From Pedosphaera sp. (lineage in GTDB: Bacteria; Verrucomicrobiota; Verrucomicrobiia; Limisphaerales; SIBH01), in contig JANOQV010000311.1 of NCBI GenBank assembly GCA_031414955.1, positions 1 to 14,384 of the forward strand: a stretch of 14,384 nt of DNA. The letters run 5' to 3'. Of the stretch, positions 1 through 8,459 are shown piece after piece. Each line of letters starts with the position of its first letter. Positions within the stretch are counted from its first letter, which is position 1. Position numbers and translations under genes: made by a program. Under the pieces are notes generated by a model, which was not told the origin of the DNA, searched no databases, and saw only the letters and a program-made list of their open reading frames with translations.

Positions 1-747
1 GCCAGCGGCCTGACCGTCGAGGAGCTGCGCGCCAAACTCGAAGCCACCTTGGGTAGGTTCCATCTGGCTCCCCGCGTCGTGCTCGTCCCGACCGCGTTCA
101 ACAGCAAGAAGTATTTCATCCTCGGCAACGTCAACCAGCGCGGCGCCTACCAGTTGGACCGTCCGACCACCATCGTCGAAGCCATCGCCAAGGCCCACGG
201 CTTCGTCACCACCCCTCAGCAACGCAACAGCCTCATGCTCGCCGACCTCGCCCACTCCTTCGTCATGCGCCGCCAGGGCAGCGGCGAATTCAAGCGCGAG
301 CCGGTGGACTTTGAAGCCCTCTTCCTGCGCGGCGACCTCACCCAGAACAAACTCCTGGCCCCCGAAGACTACCTCTACTTTCCACCCCTGGGCCTCCAGG
401 AGGTTTATGTCGTCGGCGAAGTGCGCACCGCTGGCTCCGTGCCCTTCACCCGCGACATCACCACCATCGCCGCCATCGCCGGCCGCGGCGGCTTCAAGGA
501 AAAAGCCTATCGCTCCCGCGTCCTCGTGGTGCGCGGCAGTTTGCAAAACCCCAAGACCTTCGTCGTGGACACCTCCAGCATCCTGAGCGCGAACTCCCCG
601 GATTTCGCCCTCCAGCCCCGCGACATTGTTTACGTCTCCCGCCGGCCCTGGGCCAAGGCCGAGGAGCTGCTCGAACTCGCCACCTCCGACTTCCTGCGCG
701 CCCTCGTCGTCTCTGCCACCGGCAAGTACATCGGACCCAATTTTTAA
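1..747 (+). CDS. SLBB-domain polysaccharide biosynthesis/export family protein (Wza-like), 5'-truncated by the window edge
   Basis: Frame 1 is open from base 1 (ASGLTVEELRAKLEATLGRF...) to TAA at 745-747. It contains the end of a Poly_export domain (GLTVEEL) and two SLBB-type repeats (YFILGNVNQRGAY...TIVEAIAKAHG; VYVVGEVRTAG...IAAIAGRGGF...LQPRDIVYV). The ORF-track start at 49 is probably internal. Confidence 0.85.
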   Translation, partial: ASGLTVEELRAKLEATLGRFHLAPRVVLVPTAFNSKKYFILGNVNQRGAYQLDRPTTIVEAIAKAHGFVTTPQQRNSLMLADLAHSFVMRRQGSGEFKREPVDFEALFLRGDLTQNKLLAPEDYLYFPPLGLQEVYVVGEVRTAGSVPFTRDITTIAAIAGRGGFKEKAYRSRVLVVRGSLQNPKTFVVDTSSILSANSPDFALQPRDIVYVSRRPWAKAEELLELATSDFLRALVVSATGKYIGPNF

Positions 748-748
748 T

Positions 749-1906
749 ATGAACTCACTGAATCTCTCCCTCGCCCTCACCGCCCTGGCCGCTCTCGCCA
801 CCCTGCCGGGTTGCAGCACCAAGCTCGGCGCGCCCTTCGATCCCCTGCGGCCGGCCGAGACCGCCGCCGGCCCGGACGATCCCTACTGGCAGAAGCTGGG
901 CACCACTCCCTCCACTTCCCGCCTGCCCGCCGCCGCCTCCGCCAGCGCCACCAACGCCGCCGCCGGAGCCTTCACCGCGCTCGACACCACCAACCAGCTC
1001 AACCCCGAATGGCTCAAGCCTTCCACCGAGCCGCTGAAGCTCGGCCCTGGCGACATCCTCGAAATCGAGACCGTGGGCGAAGCCGCCTCCCGCTCCACCT
1101 TGCTCGTCGGTCCCGATGGCAAAATCTATTACAGCATCCTGCCCGGAATTTCCGTGTGGGGACTGAGCCTGGCCGAGACCAAAGCCCTGCTCGAACGCGA
1201 GGCCTCCAAGCTCACCCGCCTCAAGCCCGAACTCTCCGTCAACCTCCGCACCCTCGGCAGCCAGCGCGTCTGGATTCTCGGCGCGGTCGAGAAGCCCGCC
1301 GTTTACAACCTCGCCGGTCCCGCCACCCTGCTCGAAGCCATCTCCACCGTCGGCGGCATCGTCACCACGCCAGGCGTGGCCAGCGTCTCCTCTGCCGACC
1401 TCGCCAACAGCTTCGTGCTCCGCGCCGGCCGCATGTTGCCGGTGGACTTCGAGCGGTTGCTCGAACGCGGCGACCTTTCCCAAAACATTTACCTGCGCCC
1501 GGATGACTTTGTTTACATCCGCCCGGCCAACAACCCCACCGTCTATGTCCTTGGTGCCGTCACCACTCCGAACATCCTGCCCCACGCCTCCGGCCTGACC
1601 GTGGCCGCCGCCGTGGCCCTGGCCGGCGGCACCATTCCCCTGGCTCACGACTCCAAGATCGTCATCGTGCGCGGCGGCCTCTCCCGGCCCCAGGTCGCCA
1701 CCACCAGCTACGCCGACATCATCAAAGGCCGCACCCCCGACGTGGCCCTTATGCCCGGCGACATCGTGTATGTGCCCCATGTGCCCTTCTACAAAGTGGC
1801 CCAGATGGCCGAACAGATTCTCAATGTGTTTGTCTCCACCGTGGCGGCCAACACCGGCCTCAGCGCGGGAGGCTCTGCGGAAAGCGTCGGCGTCACCGCG
1901 CGATAA
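749..1906 (+). CDS. Polysaccharide export lipoprotein with Poly_export plus SLBB domains (Wza-like), 385 aa
   Basis: ATG at 749, one base after the upstream stop. A hydrophobic signal ends in a lipobox-like LPGC (Cys22). Motifs: LGPGDILEI...VGPDGKIYY...VWGLSLAE; VWILGAVEKPAVY...TLLEAISTVGG; VYVLGAVTTP...LMPGDIVYVP. Confidence 0.85.
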   Translation: MNSLNLSLALTALAALATLPGCSTKLGAPFDPLRPAETAAGPDDPYWQKLGTTPSTSRLPAAASASATNAAAGAFTALDTTNQLNPEWLKPSTEPLKLGPGDILEIETVGEAASRSTLLVGPDGKIYYSILPGISVWGLSLAETKALLEREASKLTRLKPELSVNLRTLGSQRVWILGAVEKPAVYNLAGPATLLEAISTVGGIVTTPGVASVSSADLANSFVLRAGRMLPVDFERLLERGDLSQNIYLRPDDFVYIRPANNPTVYVLGAVTTPNILPHASGLTVAAAVALAGGTIPLAHDSKIVIVRGGLSRPQVATTSYADIIKGRTPDVALMPGDIVYVPHVPFYKVAQMAEQILNVFVSTVAANTGLSAGGSAESVGVTAR

Positions 1907-2043
1907 GCCCAGGCTTCGGTCGCCGCCGGACTCTGCGTCGCACCCCAGGCCGCACCGGCGGGCCGCCCGCGTCACCTGACCCGGCGGGCCGGGTGAGCGG
2001 CCTGCACGCCTGGTGCTTATCCACATCGCCATGGGCCGGTTTT

Positions 2044-2205
2044 CCATCCTGAAGGGATGGGAGCACTCAGCAAGGGTTGCGAGTTCGCGAGCTACCCTGG
2101 GTGCATGGCCACAAAGAGTCCCCAACCCTGAAGGGGTTGCAGCGCCGCACCCACGAGACGGCGGCAGGTCATTATTCGCGGCCTGCTGCCACCCCTTCAG
2201 GGTTG
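2044..2205. repeat. REP-like palindromic cluster (CAACCC-TGAAG-GGGTTG type units)
   Basis: 2123-2143 CAACCCTGAAGGGGTTGCAGC and 2185-2205 are inverted copies (20/21 identical). A variant hairpin CCATCC-TGAAG-GGATGG lies at 2044-2060, and AGGGTTGCGAG...GCTACCCT at 2073-2098. The cluster sits between convergent genes. Confidence 0.75.
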
Positions 2206-2364
2206 AGGAGAATTCGATACAGGCTCACTCCGGGGTTTGGGCAACAGGCCCTTGGAACTACCACCGTGGTCCGGCCAGGCACTGCGATACGAGAAAGTCT
2301 TGCCACTGGCCCGCTGGCAAGCCCGAGGACGGAGTTGCGGGCGCGGCTCGCTCGCCTGATGCCG

Positions 2365-4188
2365 CTATTTCCCGGGCCGCTGGTTGGCAGCAGCGTACTC
2401 GGCGGCGATGCGGTGCAAGGGCGGCACCAGCACCCAGTGGCCGTTGACGAAGCAGTATTCCCCGGGCCGCGTCGCGGAGCCCACCTTGTCCACCGCCAGC
2501 GAAAAGACCGGCAGATGAGGCGCGAGCCAGCCGCGCCCCTGCCATTCACGGGTCAGCAACGCGGCTGACTCGGGCAGGATGCGCCAGATTTCGCGCCCGC
2601 CTTCGGCATCAAACAATGGTTTGGAGAAAGCCTCTTTGATCTGCGCGTTCAATTGCGCCACCACCGTCCAGGCGGAAGCGGCGTGCTGCGGGAACATCCG
2701 CTGGCAATCGGCTTGGGTGGGATTCATGGCGATGATGAGGCGCCCTTTTTCCGAAGTGCCGGCGCGCTGCAACGCGAACTCGTTTTTCTGATACGCGTCC
2801 GCCAGGCTTTGCTCGCTGGCATTCAAGGTGCGCAACTTCGGCAGCCCGCCGCCGGCGCCGCGCAGGACCGTGATGGAATTCGTGCGCCCCTCGCGCATCG
2901 CGTAGCCCAGGGGCGTCTCACCGCGGTGATCCTGAAGGTTGACCGTGGCGCGGTGGCGCAGGAGGAGATCCACGAGACGCGAATCCGGGCGGGTTGCGGC
3001 CAGGTGCAACGGAGCCTTGCCGCTGGCCGGTTCGATGGTGTTCGGCTCGGCCCCGGCCTGGAGCAGTAATTCCGCCACGGACGCGTTGCCCACTCGCACG
3101 GCCTGCGCGAGGGGCAGACCACCCGAGCGAGTGGCGGACTTCACGTCCGCCCGCGCCTGGACCAGCAAGGTCACCAGATCCAATTGCTTCTTCTCCAAGG
3201 CGATCAACGCGGCCCATTGCGTGGTGCGTTCGGCGGCCTTGCGCTGGGCCGGTCCGGTGGTGGCGGCCGCTTCGGCTTCAGGTGACTGCAAGGCCATCCA
3301 TAGTGGCGAGTCGCCCGGCTTGTCCCGTGCGTCCGGCTCGGCACGCTGCTTGAGCAGCAGCGTGGTCATGGCCACGTCGCCGTTGCGCACGGCCAGGTGG
3401 AGCGGCGTCTGGCCAGTGATGGTGCGCGCGTTCACATTGGCGTGCAGGTCGAGGAGCGTCTGGGCCGCGCCCAGACGGCGGTTCATCGTGGCGATGTGCA
3501 AAGGCGTCAGGCCTTTTTGCGATGTGGCCTCCAGCACCACGGGCGTGTTTTTGAAGAGGGTCTTGATTTTCTCGCTGTCACCATCGCGCGCCGCATCGTG
3601 GATGAGAAACATCTCCGCCATCAGATCGTTCTCGGCCGTGTTCCGGTTGGTGAGTCCGGGCGCGGGCCGGTTCGGCGGCACGACGGCCGGCCGCGAGGCA
3701 ACGGCGGCCGGCCCGTTGGCATTCGTCCGAGCCGGGCTGAGAGTGACCGGCGCGGCGACAGGTGCCGAAGACTGGCCGGGGGTGTTCGGGAACAAGTTGG
3801 CGGACGGCGGCGTGGTGCTGGTCGGCGGCGCGGACGGGGCCACAGGAATCACTTGCTCCACCCCGCCCTTCTGCCGGAGGAATTCCGCCACGGCAGTCTG
3901 ACGGTAACCTATCGCCATCTTGAGCGGCGTCAGGCGGCTAAAATCGTTGGTCGTGTTCACGTCCGCGCCGCTGGCCACGAGCAATTTCACCACTTCGAGT
4001 TGCCCGGCTCGGACCGCTTCATGCAAGGCCGTGGTGGCGGAGACCCGGGCGTTGATGGCGGCGGGATGGGCCGCAATCAAGGCGCGCACTTTCTCCAGGT
4101 CGCCCAAGCGCGCGGCATCCTGCAACTCGCCCGCGCCGACGGCGAAGGACAGCAGCGCCACCGCCAGGGTGCCAAAAAATGATTTCAT
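2365..4188 (-). CDS. Secreted ankyrin-repeat protein, 607 aa
   Basis: Start MKSFFGTLAVALLSFAVGA is signal-peptide-like. Ankyrin motifs include TALHEAVRAGQLEVVKLLVASGADVN, GLTPLHIA, GQTPLHLAVRNG, GKAPLHLAA and GETPLGYA. A Pro/Ala-rich linker and a non-ankyrin C-terminal region are present; TAG at 2365-2367. Confidence 0.9.
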   Translation of the reverse strand: MKSFFGTLAVALLSFAVGAGELQDAARLGDLEKVRALIAAHPAAINARVSATTALHEAVRAGQLEVVKLLVASGADVNTTNDFSRLTPLKMAIGYRQTAVAEFLRQKGGVEQVIPVAPSAPPTSTTPPSANLFPNTPGQSSAPVAAPVTLSPARTNANGPAAVASRPAVVPPNRPAPGLTNRNTAENDLMAEMFLIHDAARDGDSEKIKTLFKNTPVVLEATSQKGLTPLHIATMNRRLGAAQTLLDLHANVNARTITGQTPLHLAVRNGDVAMTTLLLKQRAEPDARDKPGDSPLWMALQSPEAEAAATTGPAQRKAAERTTQWAALIALEKKQLDLVTLLVQARADVKSATRSGGLPLAQAVRVGNASVAELLLQAGAEPNTIEPASGKAPLHLAATRPDSRLVDLLLRHRATVNLQDHRGETPLGYAMREGRTNSITVLRGAGGGLPKLRTLNASEQSLADAYQKNEFALQRAGTSEKGRLIIAMNPTQADCQRMFPQHAASAWTVVAQLNAQIKEAFSKPLFDAEGGREIWRILPESAALLTREWQGRGWLAPHLPVFSLAVDKVGSATRPGEYCFVNGHWVLVPPLHRIAAEYAAANQRPGK

Positions 4189-4281
4189 CCAAATTATTCC
4201 AACACGCCGCCGCAAACCGGGTCAAGGGTGCGGCCAGAGGGGAGCAGGGCAGACGCCTCTAATTTCCCGGTGTTTCGCACG

Positions 4282-4406
4282 AAAACCCAAATCCCAAAAC
4301 CCAAATCCCAAATAAATTCCAACGGCCCAAATTCCAAAACCAGGCGTTCGCACTCCCATGGGAGTTTGGAATTGAGAGCTTGTTTGGGATTTGGATTTTG
4401 GGTTTT
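4282..4406. repeat. Inverted array of AAA(A/T)CCC heptamers around a 14-bp perfect palindrome
   Basis: Four tandem heptamers AAAACCC AAATCCC AAAACCC AAATCCC at 4282-4309; complementary GGGATTT GGATTTT GGGTTTT at 4386-4406; palindrome ACTCCCATGGGAGT at 4352-4365. Confidence 0.8.
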
Positions 4407-4512
4407 AGCCCGTGGAACCAAACATTTTGATGCGTCTGCCCTACAGGGTGAAGTGCTCCATCTTGGTGCCAGACAAAGGGGCGGCAACCAATCCGCCCCA
4501 TCGAGACCCGAC

Positions 4513-5763
4513 TCATTCGCAACGCAGCCAGAGGCACTTCAAATACTCGGCCTCGGGAAAGCCCGCCGCATGGTCCGGCGCATGACGGGTGGTTTTGAGC
4601 ACGGCGAATTTCCGGCGACTCCGGCCCGCCGCGCTTTGGATGGCGGTGAAAAACTCCTCTACGTCCACATGCGCGGAGCAGGAGGCCGCGACCAGAACTC
4701 CCGGCGCGCGCAGGTGCCGCAGCGCGTCGAAGGCCAGCTTTTCGTAAGCGCGAATGGCCCCGGCCCGCTCCGTCTCGCGCTTGGCCAGGGAGGGCGGATC
4801 AAGCACGATGAGATCGTAGGCGCACTCCACATTCCCCTCCAACCACTCGAAGGCATTCGCCTGAATGATCGTGTGCGGGCACCGCGCCACGGCAGCGTGC
4901 GACTGGTTCAGGGCAAAGTTCCGTTCCGCACCGGCCAGCGCGTGGGCGCTAATATCCAGGCTGGCCACGGAGTGCGCTCCACCGCGCGCCGCGTAGAGCG
5001 AGAAACCGCCGGTGAAGCTGAAGGCGTTCAACACGTCCGCCCCGCGCGCCAGAGACTCCACCGCGCGCCGGTTCTCGCGCTGATCGAGGAAGAAGCCGGT
5101 CTTCTGTCCGCGAATGACATCCGCCTCGAAGCGGAGTCCTGTTTCGAGAAAAACCACCGGGCCGTCGGGGGCCGGTCCCAGCAACACCTGACCGTCCTGG
5201 AAGCCGCCGCGCGCAAAGCCGTCCTGTACATTGCGGCTCAGTCGGAGCACGATAGTTATGGGATGGGAGGCGGCGCGCAGGAGATTGATCAGCATGGGCA
5301 GATGCGGCCGCCAGGCCAGGGTGTAAAGTTTCAACACCAGGACATCGCCATAGCGATCCACCACCAGGCCCGGCCAGCCGTCACTCTCGCCATTGATGAG
5401 CCGGGCCGCCGTGGTCTGCGCGTCCAGCAGTTCCGCACGTTTGGCCAGCGTGGCCTCCAGCCGCGACCGCCACCAGTCGTCGGTAATCTGCACCGGCTGG
5501 CCGGCGTGCAAAACGCGGATGCGCAGCGGCGACTCCGGATCAAAAAGCCCCAGGGCGAGGAATCGATCCTTGCGATCATAAATCACCGCCAGTTCGCCGG
5601 CCACACCTGCGCGGTTCAATTCACGGATGCTCCCGGCAAACACCCAGGGATGCCCGCCCCGCACGATGGTCTCCGCCGCCGCCGTGAGCCGGACGCGCAG
5701 GCGCGGCTGCGCGCGACTTGCAGCCGGGCGCTGCTTTTCCGGGCTTGAGGGAGAGTTCATCAT
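4513..5763 (-). CDS. rlmI: RlmI/RlmK-family SAM-dependent rRNA methyltransferase (23S m5C1962 type), about 416 aa
   Basis: PUA-like N-terminus (GHPWVF), [57 protein letters not shown] and FPEAEYLK. The start is ATG 5763 or 5760. Confidence 0.88.
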   Translation of the reverse strand: MMNSPSSPEKQRPAASRAQPRLRVRLTAAAETIVRGGHPWVFAGSIRELNRAGVAGELAVIYDRKDRFLALGLFDPESPLRIRVLHAGQPVQITDDWWRSRLEATLAKRAELLDAQTTAARLINGESDGWPGLVVDRYGDVLVLKLYTLAWRPHLPMLINLLRAASHPITIVLRLSRNVQDGFARGGFQDGQVLLGPAPDGPVVFLETGLRFEADVIRGQKTGFFLDQRENRRAVESLARGADVLNAFSFTGGFSLYAARGGAHSVASLDISAHALAGAERNFALNQSHAAVARCPHTIIQANAFEWLEGNVECAYDLIVLDPPSLAKRETERAGAIRAYEKLAFDALRHLRAPGVLVAASCSAHVDVEEFFTAIQSAAGRSRRKFAVLKTTRHAPDHAAGFPEAEYLKCLWLRCE

Positions 5764-5847
5764 TGAGTGCCGGCCGCCCAGGCGGAGGGACGCAACGCGG
5801 AAGAATTTTCCCCTTCGCTTCCCACGGCCTCGCACCTGGGCATCTTA

Positions 5848-6024
5848 GAACCGGTCTGAAAATTCGGCCCCGGAGTGCGCCCGTCCTCGGGCGCAGCCAG
5901 GTGATGACGCCGAGCGCGTTGGAAAAATCCATACCGGCCGCCTTTTCCACATTGCTGCGCCCGAGGACAGGCGCACTCCGGGGCCAGGGGCTTTCGCCGC
6001 TCAAACGACTTTTCAGACAGGCTC
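5848..6024. mobile_element. MITE-like non-autonomous element (IS5-family-like ends) with TTA flanking duplication
   Basis: Left end GAACCGGTCTGAAAATTCG (5848-5866) versus reverse complement of the right end GAGCCTGTCTGAAAAGTCG (6006-6024): 16/19 match. TTA lies immediately outside both ends (5845-5847, 6025-6027). No transposase. Confidence 0.65.
5866..5985. repeat. REP-like doublet, 32-bp inverted repeat
   Basis: GGCCCCGGAGTGCGCCCGTCCTCGGGCGCAGC (5866-5897) versus 5954-5985: 31/32 complementary. Each arm contains the internal hairpin TGCGCCCG-TCCT-CGGGCGCA (one mismatch in the right arm). Confidence 0.85.
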
Positions 6025-6044
6025 TTAAGATTGGCAACTTTCAT

Positions 6045-6473
6045 TCACGTCACCGGGGGAAAGCCTTGGCGCAGCGAAGCCCACGGTTCCTGCGTCGAGT
6101 AATCGACCAGGCCCGGTTCGGCGGCGTTGCTCGGCGAGAGGATGGCGAGGAAGACGAGCCGTTCATTAAACGGATTGTAGGTGCCGTGAATCTCGCCCAT
6201 GGGAATGAAGGCCATCTCGCCCGGCCCGAGGATGCGATGAGTCTTCCCGACCCACTGCTCGGCGCGGCCCGAGATGATGTAGATCAGTTCCTCCCGCGTG
6301 GGGTGATTGTGGAAGGGATGCGAGCGGTGCGGTTCCATGTTGGCGCGCACCAGCAGCAGTTGCTGATTATCCACCACGTCGCCGCGGCAAATCCATTCCT
6401 CCAGCGTCCAGGGCGAAACAAAGTCCACTTTTTCGGCCGCCGTCACAAACCTTCTCAGGGCGATGTCATTCAT
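6045..6473 (-). CDS. Cupin-domain protein, 142 aa
   Basis: Cupin motif 1 HPFHNHPTREELIYIISG and motif 2 GPGEMAFIPMGEIHGTYN. The ATG at 6473 avoids overlap with hemL. Confidence 0.85.
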   Translation of the reverse strand: MNDIALRRFVTAAEKVDFVSPWTLEEWICRGDVVDNQQLLLVRANMEPHRSHPFHNHPTREELIYIISGRAEQWVGKTHRILGPGEMAFIPMGEIHGTYNPFNERLVFLAILSPSNAAEPGLVDYSTQEPWASLRQGFPPVT

Positions 6474-6555
6474 GCGTGCCGCATTTGTGGACTGAAATCT
6501 CGCGCGGCTCAAGCCGGGTGATGGCTGGAGGCGCGTTAAGCCAAGTGTACTTCTG

Positions 6556-6583
6556 TTGACGCGGGAGGCTCGAACTCTATTTT
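6556..6583 (+). promoter_or_regulatory. Putative sigma70 promoter of hemL
   Basis: TTGACG (6556-6561), 16-bp spacer, TATTTT (6578-6583), then 9 nt to ATG 6593. Confidence 0.5.
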
Positions 6584-6592
6584 CAGCGGTAC

Positions 6593-7879
6593 ATGATTGC
6601 GCGAGCCAGATCCGAGGCGCTGTTTGCCGAAGCACTGAAGTACATTCCCGGGGGAGTCAATTCGCCGGTGCGCGCCTTTCGCGCCGTGGGCGGCACGCCG
6701 TTCTTTGTGCAGCGCGCGGCCGGCGCGCGGGTCTTCGACGTGGATGAGAACGCCTACGTGGATTACGTCGGCACCTGGGGACCGGCCATTCTCGGCCATG
6801 CGCATCCGAAGATTATCGCAGCGGTGCAGGTGGCGGCGGAGCGCGGGACGAGCTTTGGCATCCCCAATCCGCTGGAAGTCACGATGGCGAAACTGGTCTG
6901 CGCCGCCGTGCCCAGCGTGCAGAAGGTGCGGATGTGCAACTCGGGCACCGAGGCTTGCATGAGCGCCATCCGCCTGGCGCGCGGCTTCACCCGCCGCGAC
7001 AAGATCATCAAGTTCGACGGCTGCTATCACGGTCACGCCGACTCGCTCCTGGTGAAGGCCGGTTCCGGCGCGCTGACCTTCGGGCATCCCGACAGCCTCG
7101 GAGTACCGGCCAGTTTCACGCAGCACACCATCGTCTGCCCGTTCAATGATGAGGAAGCGGTGCGCGCGGTGTTCGCGGCGAATCGCGATCAGATCGCGGG
7201 CCTCATCGTCGAGCCGGTTCCAGGCAACGCGGGCCTCTATTTGCCGAAGCCGGGCTATCTGGAATTTCTCCGTCGCGTCACCGCCGAGCACGGCGCGCTG
7301 CTGATCTTCGATGAAGTGATGACGGGCTTTCGCCTCGCGCCGGGCGGGGCGCAGGCCCGGTTCGGCCTCACGCCCGACCTGAGTTGCTTCGGCAAAATCA
7401 TCGGCGGCGGTCTGCCCGTCGGGGCTTTCGGCGGGCGCGCGGACATCATGGATTGCCTCGCGCCGCTGGGCGGCGTGTACCAGGCGGGGACGTTGAGTGG
7501 CAATCCGCTGGCCATGGCGGCCGGCCTCGCCGCCTTGGAAGAGCTGCAAGCAGGGGACGCCTACCGCACCCTCGAAGCCCGGGGCGCGCATCTGGAAGCG
7601 GGGCTGCGCGAGGTCGCGCAGTCGGCGAGTGTGCCCGTCACCTTCAACCGCTGCGGCTCAATGTTCTGCGGCTATTTCACGGACCAACCGGTGCATAATC
7701 TCGCCGATGCCATGCACAGCGACCGGGCGCGCTTCGCGAAATACTTTCACGGGATGCTGGAGGAAGGGGTTTATCTCGCACCCTCTCAATTCGAGGCCGG
7801 ATTTATTTCGACCGCGCACTCGGCCTCTGACATCGACCAGACCGTTCGCGCGGCGGCAAAGGTGATGAGGACGCTTTAG
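6593..7879 (+). CDS. hemL: Glutamate-1-semialdehyde 2,1-aminomutase
   Basis: [50 protein letters not shown], the PLP lysine in [29 protein letters not shown] and PSQFEAGF. Confidence 0.97.
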   Translation: MIARARSEALFAEALKYIPGGVNSPVRAFRAVGGTPFFVQRAAGARVFDVDENAYVDYVGTWGPAILGHAHPKIIAAVQVAAERGTSFGIPNPLEVTMAKLVCAAVPSVQKVRMCNSGTEACMSAIRLARGFTRRDKIIKFDGCYHGHADSLLVKAGSGALTFGHPDSLGVPASFTQHTIVCPFNDEEAVRAVFAANRDQIAGLIVEPVPGNAGLYLPKPGYLEFLRRVTAEHGALLIFDEVMTGFRLAPGGAQARFGLTPDLSCFGKIIGGGLPVGAFGGRADIMDCLAPLGGVYQAGTLSGNPLAMAAGLAALEELQAGDAYRTLEARGAHLEAGLREVAQSASVPVTFNRCGSMFCGYFTDQPVHNLADAMHSDRARFAKYFHGMLEEGVYLAPSQFEAGFISTAHSASDIDQTVRAAAKVMRTL

Positions 7880-7885
7880 ACACAC

Positions 7886-8308
7886 ATGAGAATCCTTTCC
7901 CTCGACCACGGCACGCGGCGCATCGGCGTCGCGTTGAGCGATGAAATGAAAATCATCGCCTCGCCCCTGGAGTTCATTCCCGCCGAACCATTCGACCAGG
8001 TGATCGCACGACTGGGCCAACTTATCCGCGAGAAGGAAGTGGAGTTGATCCTCATCGGCATGCCGCGCAACATGGACGGCAGCTACGGCCCGGCGGCGCA
8101 GCAGGTGAAGGATTTCATCGCCGCACTCCAAACGCACCTCGCGACTCCGGTGAAGACCTGGGATGAACGCCTGACTTCCGCGCAGGCTAACCGCGTGTTG
8201 CTGGAGGGCAACGTGCGGCGCGACCAGCGCAAGCTGAACGTGGACAAGATGGCCGCAGCCATCCTGCTCCAGAGCTACCTCGACAGCCGGTCCACGGGAG
8301 GGCCGTAG
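7886..8308 (+). CDS. ruvX: YqgF/RuvX family RNase H-fold nuclease (pre-16S rRNA processing)
   Basis: MRILSLDHGTRRIGVALSD, IGMPRNMDGS, WDERLTS and VDKMAAAILLQSYLD; starts 6 nt after hemL. Confidence 0.95.
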   Translation: MRILSLDHGTRRIGVALSDEMKIIASPLEFIPAEPFDQVIARLGQLIREKEVELILIGMPRNMDGSYGPAAQQVKDFIAALQTHLATPVKTWDERLTSAQANRVLLEGNVRRDQRKLNVDKMAAAILLQSYLDSRSTGGP

Positions 8309-8459
8309 CCCGACGGTTCATCCAGGGCAAACCGATGAGCAGTGACCCTGTTCTGGCCGCACCTCCTTCAGCACCATGCGGCACACGGTCGCCGGGCCAT
8401 CCAGGATGGTGGAAATACACGCTTTATTTCTTTGGGCAGGACATTATTCTGAACTCCGT

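Noticed and set aside
755..2125. 456-aa minus-strand ORF
   Set aside because: Antisense shadow of the Wza-like gene; no recognisable motifs, and such ORFs are expected in high-GC DNA.
2013..2568. Several 95-163 aa ORFs across the REP cluster
   Set aside because: They translate palindromic repeat DNA or overlap the ankyrin gene, with no protein-like features.
2939..3901. 320-aa plus-strand ORF (also 3397-4182)
   Set aside because: Antisense to the ankyrin gene.
4228..5748. 506-aa plus-strand ORF
   Set aside because: Antisense shadow of rlmI; its N-terminus (KTQIPKPKSQ) is translated heptamer repeat.
5764..5835. N-terminal extension of rlmI in the ORF track
   Set aside because: Arg/Gly-rich and non-conserved-looking; ATG 5763 or 5760 fits the family better.
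6536..7591. 351-aa minus-strand ORF
   Set aside because: Antisense to the unambiguous hemL.
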